Part shown: positions 21,713 through 36,402 of the stretch, one piece after another
Layout of the letters: every line of letters starts with the position of its first letter
Numbering within the stretch: the first letter of the stretch is position 1
Assembly: GCA_002104905.1 (NCBI GenBank)
Contig: MCFE01000264.1
Location: forward strand, 44,362-108,361
DNA from: Basidiobolus meristosporus CBS 931.73
Taxonomy: Eukaryota > Fungi > Basidiobolomycota
Length of the DNA: 64,000 nt
Direction: 5' to 3'
Notes under the pieces: model-generated
Seen by the model: only the letters and a program-made list of their open reading frames with translations
Told to the model about the DNA's origin: nothing
Databases searched by the model: none
Made by a program: the position numbers and the translations under genes

Positions 21713-24700
21713 CCCTATAGGAAACTACTGTGATGGTCCCATCAAAAGGCCTTCACAAATCTCAAGACCCATTACTCAGAGGTACTGATCCTGTCAGGAT
21801 ACTGTGCATAGACTGTTGAAAAATAATTGCACCTCAGATTTCACAAACAACTTAGTCAAAATTCCTCATCTGAACAATATATTAGTGACTGTTGATTAGT
21901 TCCCTATCAATTTGCTCATTATATGATCCTGGTGTGGTGGTTTATAGGTCCAAGGGAGAGATATGTTCAACAATTCTCAAGTGTTATGTGTGTGTGGTGT
22001 TCACCGGGTGCTATAACCTCTGGCAAAAGCTTGCTAGAAATACTTGGGTTCTGTCTCTAATTTAATGTGATGGGAATTTAATCCACAAGCTTGTTAAGGG
22101 AAAACCATTGAGCTACAATTCCCAACTTAGTCAGCATCTTAACAAAAGTATATGTTGGGTTCAGCATCCTTTGAGATGACAATGTACCAAAGCTTCCAAA
22201 GTCAAAACAGCTGTAAACTCCACCAGCAGGGACTTGATAAGAATGCAGCTGTGGTCAATAGCTACAAAGACAGAAAAGCATCTTTGCTGGTACAAGAACA
22301 AACTTGGGAAAGAATCAAATATAATAAAAGATACCTACTCTGAGTATTCCTCACAAGTAGTGCCTCCAAGGTCAGTTGGCTCTATTCATGGTTTCCTGGG
22401 AGTGTCCTGTGGTCTGGAGTTGGAAGTTCAGGTAGCAGCAGGTAGCAGTGATCACACTAATCAACAAGTCGGTATATTGATAAAAGGGATGATGATACAT
22501 TGTTGAGGGATTGCCTCCCTTATATACTTTTCTCACTGTCTAAGTGATTACAAATCATGGTGCATCAGAAGGTTCCAGAGGTCAATAGAAATCTTAATGA
22601 CCTAAGAATGAGCTGAGATATTCTTAGTAGGTGCTGGAATGTTCTAGGAGGCAGAGCACATTTAACCAATCAGGAATCAGTACTCTGAAACCTGTGTATC
22701 ATAGGGATACCATATATGGTATAAAAATTGTAGGGATGGTGACACAGGCTGACCATGTGTCATGGGTACTGGTGCAGGTACTTACCAAATATAGAAGCAC
22801 TTACAGCTAAAAATCTTGCATAGAGTGTGGGATAACTTAGGCAATAAGGTAAGCAGGTGTGATAGTATGGTAGCTTATGGGATAGTACTGATCAAGTAAG
22901 ACAAATGGGATAAAACTAAAATAAGTGTAGTAGAAAAATAGGGAAGTAGAAAATATGGGAATGAGCACATCTGTTAGTGGGTCTCACTGTGACCCCACTA
23001 CACCAGACACTCAATCACTTCCTATGTTTGTGTACATTGATTGGCTATTGCCTCTTTTTCAAACTCCATACTTTCTGACTTAAACATTTCTCTTACTTTT
23101 TTGCGTAAAAATTAATTTATTTCCATTGAAACTTCAGTTGTACCTCAATTGCCATTTGTATTTACCTACACAAATACCTATACCCTACACTAACATTAAG
23201 CCCAACCCCACACTCAACAAGTATCTCCATTAAAATCCACCACTCTATAAGTATATCTGCTGCAATGCTCTGTGCCATGACTCCAGAGGGAATCCAGCTG
23301 CTTTGCACCACTGTTCATTCACTGGTTCCTACATGTACTGGTCTTCAGCTGGCACCGCAAGGTCTAGCACCTCATCTGCCAGTCTTAGCAATAAATCCTT
23401 GCAATATTCAAGTTCATTTTCTCCAGCACTGCTTTTAAAGAAGTGCTGCAACCTCTTGGGGTGCCTATTAATGTTCCAAAATTATACCAAAGGCATTGTG
23501 ATAGTCTTTCAAGTTCATGATGTTGTAGCCTTGTCTGTCAGTAGGATCTCCACTCTGTAAACAATGGAGGATATGGAGGCTGTGGTGGACAAGTTGCCTT
23601 TCTCTGCAAACCTAACTACCTTGCTGGAGTTTAGCTCAACTGCCTGTGCTTCCAACTCTTGTGAAAATAGCTGATTTCTTGTTGGTAATTCTTCTTTGCT
23701 ATGATAGGATATAGCTTGCTCCAGGCCTATGGAATTAATTGGTAAGAGCTGCAGTTTCATTGTACGCTTCCCTGTCTCAGGCTTGGGTAGACATTTTTCC
23801 CTTTATCTTTTCCTTTATCACTGCCAGGTCAATCACTGCTACTCTGTTGGAGTGCTTCTTGTAATGAACAATGTTTTTTCCTTGATAAATGCTGCTCTGA
23901 CGCATCTGTTTTGGCCTGCTTGTCCCTTGCTGGCACTCTCCTGGCAACTTGATGTTTCTTTACCACTTGTTTTGTGCTCTCAGCTGTAGTTATGACAGGC
24001 TCCTGAGAATGCTGCTGGTTTCTTTCACTGCCAGGTCCTTCACCACCACTTTGACTGAGTGCTTCTTGAGTGTTACTATGCTTTTTCCTTGATATATGTT
24101 GTGCTAGTACAGCAGTGTCTGCCTGCTTGTCCTTATTGGCACTGTTCCAGCTACTAGACATCTCTTTGATGCTTGTTTGGAGCTTTGACCCTTCTTGTAA
24201 TGGGGTCTTGAGGAAGCTGCTAGTTTTTTGCAATGACACCCTTGTTCTTCTGCCTTTTGGAGTTTCTGCTACTCTTAAGATTCTTTCTAAGCCTACCAAT
24301 GCTGGCATCAAATCTGTTTGCCTGTTTGAATACAGGATAATGCTCATAGAACAAGTTAAGCACATTTGGCTTGGCCTTGAGCTCTGGATGGTCCCATGGT
24401 ATGCCTGCCTTAAGGTAATGGCATGCTAGACTTCTGACAGCCTCTTGAATTGTAGCCCACTGTTCATTATTGCACTCAATGGCTTCACAGATCTTCAATG
24501 CCTCTTGATTTTTAGGCTTTGGTATAAACATCACATTGTCTCCCTCCCATGCTGTGATAGGTTTTTCTGTGGGCTTTGTCTTTGGACACTGTTGTTCTGC
24601 TTCAAAAACTGTATGGTGTTCCTCTGCTGTTACATTGGGAAATGGCTCAATTCTTGGCTGTAACATTGAGCTACTTGAGTTCCTTCCTTGCAGCAAAGAT

Positions 24701-24910
24701 ACTGCTTTCTCTACCTGGAATATTGTTTGCTCTACACATATCATCTGCTCATCCTGTATCTGGACTATTTCCTAATTTCTCTGGGCCATTACATCAGTCC
24801 TATCAGCCACTGCACCTAATTGCCTTATTAATGCTTTGGTATGAGCTGACAATATAGCTGCTAATACAGGTGGTAGTGATGTTATGATGGCCACTTGCTG
24901 GTCTTCAACC
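21713..24910 (+). mobile_element. Partial CACTA copy (terminus CCCTATAG at 21713, ORF1 remnant on -), interrupted by the 1.07 kb element
   Basis: Collinear with 42272..44400. Truncated at ~24910 against an old copia. Confidence 0.85.
21933..23002 (-). mobile_element. 1.07 kb TGT...ACA element, copy a (solo LTR or non-autonomous Ginger-like element)
   Basis: 1070 bp. Termini TGTGGTGG / CCACTACA. Flanks CTGG and CCAG. The host CACTA sequence resumes exactly across it. Confidence 0.88.
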
Positions 24911-27900
24911 ACACTATTCAAGTTTGCCTATAGCAAATGATTTGGTAAACATGTATGCAATCATTTCATCTCAAGGAGAGTAAACTAAATTAATTAATTT
25001 ATACTCCATAGCTTCACATATGAAATGATTTCTAGTATCTATGTGCCCAGTTCTAGCATGAAAAGTTGGATCTCTATATATTTGTGAGCATTGTTGATTA
25101 TCTGCAAATGAAGTAAAAGGAATTTTTTGACATAAAACTAAATAATGAAAAAGCTTTTGTAGCCACATTGCTTTTCTTGTAGACTCATAGACTGCAATAT
25201 ACTCTACACTGGTGGTAGAAAGTGCTATGGTTGGTTGTTTTCTTGAATTCTATGAAACTGCTCCTTTACAGTAAGGAAAAATTTATCCTGTGGTGGAAAT
25301 CTGTATTCTAAATTTGTCCCCAATCAGCATCCAAGCATTCCACAAGATCCTGTTCAGAATCCTTAAAGGAGTACCTTAAGCAGATATTAGCAGTTACTTT
25401 TGGGTATCTAAAAATCTGCATAACTGCTGCAATATGATTGGATCCTAGTTTGATTATGCTGGCTCACAGCTCCCACTGAATAAGAGATATCTGGACATGT
25501 TCCAAGCATGATCTTCATCAAACGGCCAACTATAGATTGATAAGGAAAGTCAGGGCTTTCAGATGGCACCAGCTTTCTTGACTTGGAAGAGTTTTGACTA
25601 AGATAAGGTTTGTCTGCATTGGGGTATCTGCTTGCCTACAGTAATCCATTTTGTACTTGGAAATTTCTAATGCTTGCCAACCAACAGGGGGCTAGCAAAC
25701 CCATTAGGCTGGCTCATATACACATCCTCATCAAGTTCTCTACTCAAAAATGCAGCTTTTAAATCCATTTGATGTACAAAAACTCATACTTGGCTGCAAT
25801 AGCCAACATTAATATGATGGAATTAAACTTGGCTACCAGTGCACAGGTCTCAGTATAGTCAGGTCCTTTTGTTTGAGAGTATTCTTGGGCCACAAATCTT
25901 GCTTTGTATATCTCAATTGTACCATCAGCTTTGTATCTTGTTACTGTGACCAATCTGCATCCAATTGATATTTGGTTGACTGGTAATTTGACTAACTCCC
26001 AGGTTTAATTTCCCATCATGGTGTAGTGGGGTGACAGTGACACCCACTGACAGATGTGCTCATTCCCTTATTTTCTACTTCCCTATACCTCCACTACACT
26101 CATTTTTATCCCATTTGTCTTACCCAATCAGTACTATCCCATATGCTGGTTGACTATCACACCTGCTTACCTTATTGCATAAGTTACCCCTCACTTAATG
26201 TAAGAGTACTAGCTATAAGTGCTTCTACATTAGGCAAGTACCCGCTCCAGTACCTGTGACACATGATCAGCCCATGTCACCATCCATACCGTTTCCATAC
26301 CACATATGGTATCCCTATGTAACACAGGTTTCAGGGTACTGATTTCTGATTGGTTGGATGTGCTGTGCCTCTTAGAACCTTCCAGCACCTACTTAGAGCA
26401 TTCTTAGGTCATTCTGATGTCATTATGATTTCTATAGATATCCAGAACCTTCTGAAATATCATGATTAGTAATCACTTAGCCAGTGAGAAAAGTATATAA
26501 GGGAGGCTATCCGTCAACAATAAGTCATTATCCCTTTTATCAATATTCTGACTTGTTGATTAGTGTGATCACTGCTACCTGCTGCCACCTGAACTTCCAA
26601 CCCCAGACCACAGGACACTCCCAGGAAACCACGCTAACAGCCAACTGACCTTGGAGGCACTACTTGTGAGGAATACTCAGAGTAGGTATCATTTATTATA
26701 TTTGATTCATTCCCAAGTTTGTTCTTGTACAGGCAAAGATACTTTTCTGTGTTTGTAACTATTGACCACAGCTGCATTCTCATCAAGTCCCTGCTGGTGG
26801 AGTTTACAGTTGTTTTGACTTTGGAAGCTTTAGTACATTGTCATCTCAAAGGATGCTGAACCCAGCATATACTTTTGTTAAGACACCAACCAAGTTGGGG
26901 ATTGTAGCTCAATAGTTTTCCCTTAACAAGCTTGTGGCTTTATTCCCCATCACATTAGATTAGAGACTGAACCAAAGTATTCCTAGCAAGCTTTTGCCAG
27001 AGGTTATTGCACCCAGTGAACACCCCACACACAAAACACTTGAGAAATATTGGATGTATCTCTCCCATGGACTTATACACCACCACAATGGCCTGATACT
27101 TGTCAGTCATTGCAGATCTCCAAAGCTTTTTCTAATGGCTATTTAGGCCCTCTTTTCCAGTCTGAGGCTCATGAATATGGACTGAATAGGCATAGGCTAA
27201 GTTTGCGCCCTTGTTGATATAGTAATTTTGGCTATTTCTAGTTCAGTTAGTTTCCTAGTCAGTGATACTTGAATGATCACTTATGGGATATTCCTTAACA
27301 CTGATTCAGGCTTAACTACAGTTGTAGAGCTCTCTGGTGTGAGAAACTTTTTCATTGTTTTGCTCTGATTCAATCCTTGCTATTGGTTGACTGAGGTGAG
27401 ATTTGTCATCATCTGAGGTCATTTTTTATGAACATTGTGCATTTTCATCAGACAACACATCCCTACACCTGATGGGCTGCTTTTCTTTGGTATTGTAGAG
27501 TCTGTATGCTTTACTCCTATTGCTGTAGCCTAAAAATACTTGTTTTACAATTTTTGGGTCACATTTTGCCTGATATCCAGGCAGTGTCTTGGCATATGCT
27601 GTGCACCCAAATATTCTTCAATGTACTGCACAAGGTCTGTATCAGTTCTGTGCTCTAAATAGAATAGAATAATGAAGCTTTCTGCTTTGACACCTATTTT
27701 TAAGGTATAAAGTTGTGGCAATTGATTGTACCAAAGATCATAGAATGTTTTGGATCATGGAGCATAGATTTCAACATGTCAATTATTGCTCTGATTGCAC
27801 ATTCTGCTACTCCACATTACTATAGGAAGTATGGTAGAGTAGTCTCTTATATTATCCCATTGCTCATGTAGATGTGGATGAAGAGTCTTGAGGTATATTC

Positions 27901-29737
27901 TCCACCATTGTTGAGCATTTACTTAATTTTTTCACCAATTTCTCTGTCCACCATGGCTTGAAACTCCCTAAGCCTGGAATAAGATTCTTTGTCTCATTCC
28001 ATGAAGTAGACCCACATGTATTTTGTATAAGCATCATTAAGAGTGCTTAAATACTTCATTCTGCCTAAGGATAAATTTTGCATATATCCACTCAGAGCAG
28101 GTGAATTAGCTGTAATTTTTTCTGAGTTGGGTTAACCCAGTGCTCCTGAATAGCTGTATGCTTGTTCCCCATATATATAGGCTTCAAAATTCTCTATATC
28201 AGCTGGGGATTTAATTCATACTCTGGAAATTAGCTGATCCCTGAGCATTTTGTGCAATTAATCAAAATTGATGTCTCTATATTTCCAGCAACAAGGCATT
28301 GGTGCTTTTTCATGAGCTTCCAAATATGGTGGAATGTAAGTAAACTTTATAGATTTTGATATCTTGAACCCAAAGCAATATGGCTCAATTTTGTTTAGTC
28401 ATTCTGCACCTAGAATTATAGAAGCTGAAACTGGTTCCTTCTGCAGTGGCCTTGCTTACAGATAGTGAGTTTTTAAATATTTCTGGTACATAATGTACTT
28501 TTTGAAGGTAGGTGTGTGACTACCTTAACCACCTCTATGGCTTATCTGAATGGCTCCTTTTTCAACTTCATCAAGTATACAATTGTTTTGGCTGAAAACC
28601 TTCTTAATTGGAATTTCTTGATATTGGGTAACTAGGTCATTTAGGTCTGTGAAGTGTTGAGATGCTCCAGAGTCCATATACCAAGTCTGAGAATCCTCTT
28701 TTGTGGTCAAGTACAATGCAGACTTTGATAGACTTGCTTCAGTTGTTGCAGCATCTACATATTGAGGCTTTTTCCGCTAAATATCTCTGTCAGCATGGCC
28801 CTTTATCTCCCTTGTTGGTTATCATTGCTTATTAAAGCATTTTCTTTTTCCTTCTTATTTGTGCTTAATTTTCTTAATTGTTCATCCAGGCCCCTTCAAT
28901 ACATGTGATATACAGTCAAATTTTCAGTTCTGGACTCTAGGGCTGATACAAGGCCTCATCGACTAAAAGGGTAATTTTGCTAATCAGATTTTCATTTCTT
29001 CTTCTGGCAGCATGTAAATAGTCCCTAATTCTTGTTTAGATAAATCTTCTCAGCTGCTGAGCATGGTCAGTGCATGCTTTCTGATGCCTTCCAGGCATTC
29101 TATGTTGTTTTTCCTCATTGGCACTGATTTAGCAACCAGTCCTTAACTGTAAGGCAAATGCAGATAAAGACACTTTGCTCTCTCTTCTGGTACCTTAAGG
29201 CTTCCTCTTTAACATGTCTAGGGGGCATTCTTCCACAGTGACAATATCTCCAAGACCTTGTACTTGTAGCAGCATCTTTATCTCCACCTTCCAAACTTGG
29301 TAGCTTGATCTGTCCAACTTTTCGGGAGAGGGAAAATCCAGTAATAGCAGTAACAAATAGTGCAGAGAGTGTAAGCTTGGGGCTCATAGCCTGTTAACAG
29401 AGTGTGGGAGTATTGGAAGTGTTGAGGAGAACATGTAGCCCAAGTGGTCATCACTTATGCTCTATTAAATAAAAAGTAGTACATGTATTCTTGCACAGTT
29501 ATAACATAACAAGCATGTAGAATGGGTTTAGGAAGGTCTCAACAGCATGTGTGCCAAGTTTGAGGCTGTAAGAACAACCTTGAGAAGTTTCACAATTTGC
29601 ATACCTGATATTTTGGTGAATATACTGTAAGTGTATCCCAACAGGTAATTTAGTCAGTATTCTCCAGGATTTGTTGGTAATGATCTAGGTATCTAAGTTG
29701 GGTGAATAACCTAGTGGAATTGCAAATTTTTACAACA
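24911..29737 (-). mobile_element. Old, heavily mutated copia copy (5' LTR 29392..29737, PBS 29380..29391, gag-pol relic; 3' LTR missing)
   Basis: Fragments such as RYKADGTIEIYKARFVAQ, TWYMDSGASQHF and MSPKLTLSAL are collinear with copy 1, with internal deletions. Confidence 0.9.
26022..27087 (+). mobile_element. 1.07 kb TGT...ACA element, copy b
   Basis: 1066 bp, exact 4-bp TSD ATGG (26018..26021 and 27088..27091), inserted in the RT region of the old copia. Confidence 0.9.
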
Positions 29738-30256
29738 TTTTTGACTTAGGCATATGTCTTTAGAAAGCTTCTTTAGCCTCATTGTGTCTTGTGTAGCCTC
29801 ACAGGCTGCAATACATTTTGCCTCTAGGGCAGGAAGTGTTTAGGTGACTTGCTCTCTTGAAATCCAGAAATTTGCTCCTCAACAGTGAATAAAGGTGCAT
29901 CCTGTGGTGGATCTTCTGTCTTCTGAATTCTGTCCCCAATCAGCATTAAAGTGTCCCAAAAGATCCTGTTCTGAGTCTTTATAGGTATATATCAAGCCAA
30001 TATCAGTAGTATTATTTAAGCATCTAAGATCTGCTTACCTGTTGGAGTATGATCCAAACCATAGATCTAAATATGCTGGCTAACAATCTTCCCCAAGTAT
30101 GAGAAGTATAGATATGTTCCAAGCATGATGTATTTCATATTGTTGACCATAGATTGGTAAAGAAATTCTGCTCTTTCTGATGGCACCAAGCTCTTTTGAT
30201 TTGGCTGACTTATGACTAAGTTAATATTGTAAGAGTCTTGGAGATATTGGAAGCAA
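29738..30256 (-). mobile_element. Copia RT/RNase H relic plus a short LTR fragment (30225..30256)
   Basis: Collinear with ~11285..11770 of copy 1, then tattgtaagagtcttggagatattggaag. Confidence 0.75.
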
Positions 30257-31715
30257 CCCTATGAAAAACAATTTGGTCCAACAGGTGGACCCACTGTGGA
30301 TCTGCTGTCAAGATCACATCATGACACCATTATAACACCAGCAGCTTGGAGTTAAAGACCATTGACATAATCTTGTAACAGGATTGCAGTAGCCTTTTGC
30401 TAAATTGACAGCCAGATAAAGTTGATAAAGCATATTGGTGTTTGTACAATGTTTTGCCAAGGTTGGGATGGCATTGTTGCGGTCTTAATGCCCTTCACAA
30501 CTATTTGAGTGGATCTAAACAACCAGTATGTCTAATTGCCTTATATGGCAAAAAACCTGACAGTGTTTTGACTGCCTCATTGCAAGCCTTTGTTGGTATT
30601 ATCACAGCAGTATGGTTGCCTACAGCCAGTTCTGTAAGCTGCTACAATACCAATTTACCAAATGGTCTTTCCTTTTCTACCTCCCCTTGCGCAATTCATA
30701 TATTACACTGTAGAATCACCCCTCTTTATTTGCTTACCCACAACTACCTTTGATATGCCACATATAGTTTGAATCAAAGAATACTATGGCTTTCTGTTTA
30801 CTAACCTCTACAAACACACACACCTGCCACAATTAACATACATCTATCACCTCAACTTTACGGCTTTTTAGTGTGATGCTTGCAAAGTTACCATATAACT
30901 TGTATTGCTGGTACAATGTAGTGGGGTCACAGTGACACCCACTGACAGATGTGCTCATTCCTATGTTTTCTACTTCCTTATATCTCTACTACATTTATTT
31001 TAGTTTTATCCCATTTGTCTTACCTGATCAGTACTATCCCATAAGCTGGTTGACTATCACACCTGCCTACCTTATTGCATAAGCTATCCCTCACTTTATG
31101 TAAGATTACTAGCTGTAAGTGCTTCCATATTAGGCAAGTACCTGTACCAGTACCCATGACACATGATCAACCTGCATCACCATCCCTACCATTTTCATAC
31201 CATATATGGTATCCCTACATTACACAGGTTTCATAATACTGATTCCTAATTGGTTAGATGTGCTGTACCTCTTAGAACCTTCTGGCACCTACTTAAATAC
31301 TCTTAGCTCATTCTGATATCATTAATATTTCTATTGATCTCTGGAACCTTCTGGAACACTATGATTAGTAATCACTTAGCCAGTGAGAAAAGTATATAAG
31401 GGAGGCTATATCTCAGCAATAAATCATTATCCCTTTTATCAATATTCTGACTTGTTGATTAGTATGATCACTGCTACCTGCTGCTACCTGAGCTTCCAGC
31501 CCCAGACCACAGGACACTCCCAGGAAACTGCGCTGACAGCCAACTGACCTTGGAGGCACTACTTGTGAGGAATACTCAGAGTAGGTATCATTTATTACAT
31601 TTGACTCTTTCCCAAGTTTGTTTTTGTACAGGCAAAGATACTTTTCTGTCTTTGTAACTATTGACCACAGCTGCATTCTCATCAAGTCCCTGCTGGTGGA
31701 TTTTACAGTTGTTTT

Positions 31716-34700
31716 TGTTGTAAGAGTCTTGGAGATATTGGAAGTGATTGGGAGAACAAGTAGATTATGTGGTTTTCACTTAATGATTTATTGAATGTAA
31801 AAGTAGTATTTATACTTTTACCTGGTCTTGGCATTACAAACATGTAGAATAGGTTAAGGAAGGTCCCAAGAACATGTGTGCAAAGTTTGGGGCTGTTTGG
31901 ACAACTTTGAGAATTTTCATGTTCTGGGTACCTGGCATTTTGGTGAAAATATTCTAAGTAAATCCCGACAAGGAATTTGGTCAGTATTCTCTAGGATTTG
32001 AGGGGAATGATCTAAGTGACTAAGTTAGGTGAATATTTAGGTGGAAATTGCAAATTTTTACAACACTCCCACTCAGCTAAATGTTCATACTGACTAGTCC
32101 TAATTTTGACCTAAGATATTCAAACTTGTCTCTAGCTAATGGTTTGGTAAATATGTCTGCAATCATTTCATCTGTAGGACAGTAAACTAAGCTAACTAAG
32201 TTATTCTCTATAGCTTCACATATGAAATGATGTCTAATATCTATGTGCTTGGTTCTAGCATGAAAAGTTGGACTTCTACCTAATTGTATACATCCTTGAT
32301 TATCTTGAAATAAAGTAATAGGCGTTTTTTTGACATAGGCCTAAATCTGTAAAGAGCTTTCTTAACCACATTGCTTCTTTTGTAGCTTCACAGGCTGCCA
32401 TATACTCTGCCTCTGTGGTGGAAAGTGCTACGGTCGGTTGCTTTCTTGAATTCCATGAAATTGCTCCTTGACAGTAAAGAAAGGTGTATCCTGTAGTGGA
32501 TCTTCTGTCTTCCAAATTTTGTCCCCAATCTGCATCAGAGTATCCCAAAAGATCTTGTTCTGAGTCCTTATAAGTGTATCTTAAGCAGATATCAGCAGTA
32601 CCTTTTAGGTATCTAAAAATCCGCTTAACTGCTGCAATATGATCAGATCCATAGCTCTGATTATGTTGGCTGACAACTCCCACTGAATATGAGATATCTG
32701 GACGTGTTCCAAGCATGATATACATCAGACTGCCGACCATAGATTGATAAGGAAAGTCAGGGCTTTCAGATGGCACCAAGCTCTCTTGATTTGGTTGAGT
32801 TTTGACCAAGTTAAGGTTTGTCTCCATTGGGGTAGCTGCCAGTTTACAGTCTCCCATTTTGTACTTCTTTAGTATATCTTGAATATACTTGGATTGGCTT
32901 AGGGTAATAGTCTGGGTACTTCTGTCTATGGAGAACTTAATCCCTAAGTAGTAACTAAGTTCTCCTAGATTGGACATCTTGAACTCCTTAGATAGGCTGG
33001 ATTTAGTCTCTTCCAATGTTTCTAGGTTATTGGTGGCTATAATAAGATCATCCACATATAGAGCTAATAGAACTGGATTTGCTCTATCTGGCTTATAGTA
33101 TATACTATAGTCAGCATTACTCCTTTTGAAACTCAAAGATTCCAAATAAGAATCTATCTTGCAATTCCAGGCTCTTGGTGATTGTTTGAGACCATATAGT
33201 GACATTTTAAGCTTGCAGACCAAATGGGGGTTATTTGGTCAACAAACCCATCAGGCTGGTCCATATACACGTCCTCATCAAGTTCTCCATTCAAAAATGC
33301 AGTTTTTACATCAATTTGATGAATAAAAAACTTATATTTGGCTGCAATAGCCAATATTAATCTGATGGAATTATACTTGGCTACCGGTGCAAAGGTCTCA
33401 GTATAGTCAAGTCCTTTTGTTTGAGAGTATCCTTTGGCTACAAGTCTTGCTTTGTATCTTTCAATTGTACCATCAGCCTTGTATTTTGTCTTAAAGACCC
33501 ATCTGCATCCAATTGATTTTCGGTTGATTGGTAATTTGACTAAGTCCCAAGTTTGATTTTCCATCAGGGCCTGATATTCCTCAGTCATTGCAGATCTCCA
33601 AAACTTTGTCTGAGGGCTATTTAGGGCCTCTTTTACAGTCTGGGGTTCATCAATATGGACTGAATAGGCATAGGCTAAGTTTGTACCCTCATTGATATAG
33701 TAATTTGGGCTATTTCTTGTCCAATTGGATCTCCGGGCATTAAACACTGGAATGATCACTTCTGGGATATTCCAGGGCACTGATTCTGGCTGAACCATGG
33801 TTGTAGAGTCCTCTGGAGTGAAAAAATTTTCATTGTTTTGTTCTGATTCAATCCTGACAATTGGTGGACTTGAGATCAAATTTTTGTCATCATCTGATGT
33901 CATTTTTTGTGAAAATTTTGAATTTTCATCAAACAACACATCCCTGGACTTGATCAGCTTCTTTGCTTTGGTATTGTAGAGTCTGTATGCCTTACTCTCA
34001 TTGCAGTAGCCCAAAAATATGCATTTTAAACTTTTTGGCTCAAATTTTGACTGATTTCCAGCCAGTTTTTTGGCATATGCTGTACACCCAAATATTCTTA
34101 GATGTTCTGCACTTGGTCTGTATCCATACCATGCTTCAAATGGAGTAGAATCACAAAGTATTCTGTTATAACTCCTATTTTTAAGATATACAGCAGTGGC
34201 AACTGATTCTGCCCAAAAATCATAGGATAATTTTTGATCATGGATCATAGATCTTGCCATATCAATTGTTGATCTGTTAGCTCGTTCTGCTACTCCATTT
34301 TGCTGTGGGGAGTATGGTACAGTAGTCTCTTGCTTTATCCCATGAATTTTGCAGAAGTGGATGAAGAGTTTTGAGGTATATTCTCCACCATTGTCAGAGC
34401 ATATTTTCTTGATTTTTTCACCAGTTTCTCTCTCTACCATGGCTTTAAACTCCCTGAGCTTAGACAGAGCTTCTTCCTTTCTCTCCATGAAGTAGACCCC
34501 TGTGTATCTTGTATAATCATCAATGAAAGTGATTAAATACTTCATCCCGCCTAAGGATAAATTTTGCATAGGTCCACACAGATCTGAGTGAATTAGATCT
34601 AATTTTTTCTTAGTTTTGATTAACCCAGAGCTCTTGAACAGTTGTCTGGCTTATTTCCCATATATGCAGGCTCCACAGTGCTCCAAAATAGCTGGGGGAT

Positions 34701-36402
34701 CAATTTTCACTCCAGAAATTAGCTGATCTTTGATCATTTTACGCAAATAATCAAAATTGATGTGTCCAAATCTCCTGTGCCAAAGCATTGGTGTTTCTTC
34801 ATTTAAGTTACTTATATTGGCTTCCAGATATGATGGAATATAAGTCAACCTGTATAGATTCTGATCTCTGATGCCCAAAGCAATATGAGCACCATTTTGA
34901 TCAGTGATCCTGCATCCAGAATTGTCAAAACTGACACTGAGTCCTTCTGCTGTGGCCTTGTTTACAGAGAGAAGGTTCTTGGCTATTTCTGGTACATAGA
35001 GTACTACTTTAAAGGTCAGTGTATGGCTTCCTTCACTGCTTCTAAGGTTTACTTGGATAGTTCCTTCTCCCACTGCATCAAGTGTTCTATTGTCACCCAT
35101 GAAAACCTTCTTAATTGGAATTTCTTGATATTGGGTAAAAAGTTCTTTTTGGTGTGTAAAGTGTTGAGAAGCTCCAGAGTCAATATACCACGTCTGAGAA
35201 TCCTTGTTTGTGATCATATTTAGTGCAGATATGAATAGTCTATCTTCAGTTGTTGCAGCATTTCCATATTCAGGCTTCTTTTGCTGATAATCTCTCTTTT
35301 TGAAACACCGGTCTGATGTGTGTCCTTTCCTTTTGCAGTAGTTGCAAAATAGGTTGCTGTTGCCTTTGTAGGGTCTGGGGTACCTCCTTTGTTGGTTATC
35401 ATTGCTTATTAAAGCATTTTCTTCTTCCTTCTTATTGGCGCTTGATTTTCTTAATTCTTCATCCAGGAGCCTTCCATATACATAATTTAAGGTCAAATCT
35501 TCAGTTCTGGACTCTAGGGCTGATACAAGGCCCTGAAACTTGTCTGTCAGGCTATTCAGGATGGTCACTATCACATCCTCATCAGTAGTTGGTACGCCCA
35601 CAGATTCCATCTCATCTACCAGCAGGGTAATTCTGTTAATTAGATTTTTCATTTCTTCTCCTGGCAGCATCTTTGTAGTAAAGAATTTTCTTCTCAGATA
35701 CATTTTCTTGGCAGCTGAACATGACTGGTAGGTGTCTTCTAATGCCTTCCAGGCATTCTTTGCCGTTTTTGCTCTTAAGCATTGAATTAGCAATTTGTCC
35801 TTGACATTAAGGCAAATGCAGTTAAAGGCACTTTGTTCTTTCTTCTGGTACTTTAAGGCTTCCTCTCCCACATTTTTAGGAGGGCATTCTTCTCCCATGA
35901 CAATATCCCAAAGGCCTCTTTCTTGTAGCAGCATCTTCATCTTCACCTTCCACACTTGGTAGTTAGATCCATCCCACTTTTCAGCAGAGGGAAAAATTCC
36001 AGTAATAGCAGTAGTAGACATTGCAGAGAGTGACAGCTTGGGGCTCATAACCTGTTGTAAGAGTCTTGGAGATATTGGAAGTGATTGGGAGAACAAGTAG
36101 ATTATGTGGTTTTCACTTAATGATTTATTGAATGTAAAAGTAGTATTTATACTTTTACCTGGTCTTGGCATTACAAACACATAGAATAGGTTAAGGAAGG
36201 TCCCAAGAACATGTGTGCAAAGTTTGGGGCTGTTTGGACAACTTTGAGAATTTTCATGTTCTGGGTACCTGGCGTTTTGGTGAAAATATTCTAAGTAAAT
36301 CCCGACAAGGAATTTGGTCAGTATTCTCTAGGATTTGAGGGTAATGATCTAAGTGACTAAGTTAGGTCAATATTTGGGTGGAAATTACAAATTTTTACAA
36401 CA
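31716..36402 (-). mobile_element. Full-length Ty1/copia, copy 2 (LTRs 31716..32065 and 36053..36402; TSD GTTTT)
   Basis: 350 bp LTRs, perfect 5-bp TSD at 31711..31715 and 36403..36407. The empty site is visible in other copies of the host near 26810 and 55130. Confidence 0.97.
32077..36048 (-). pseudogene. Copia gag-pol of copy 2, disrupted
   Basis: CAA>TAA nonsense at 34651..34653 and two 1-nt homopolymer indels (~33235, ~32325). The indels could be sequencing errors. Confidence 0.9.
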
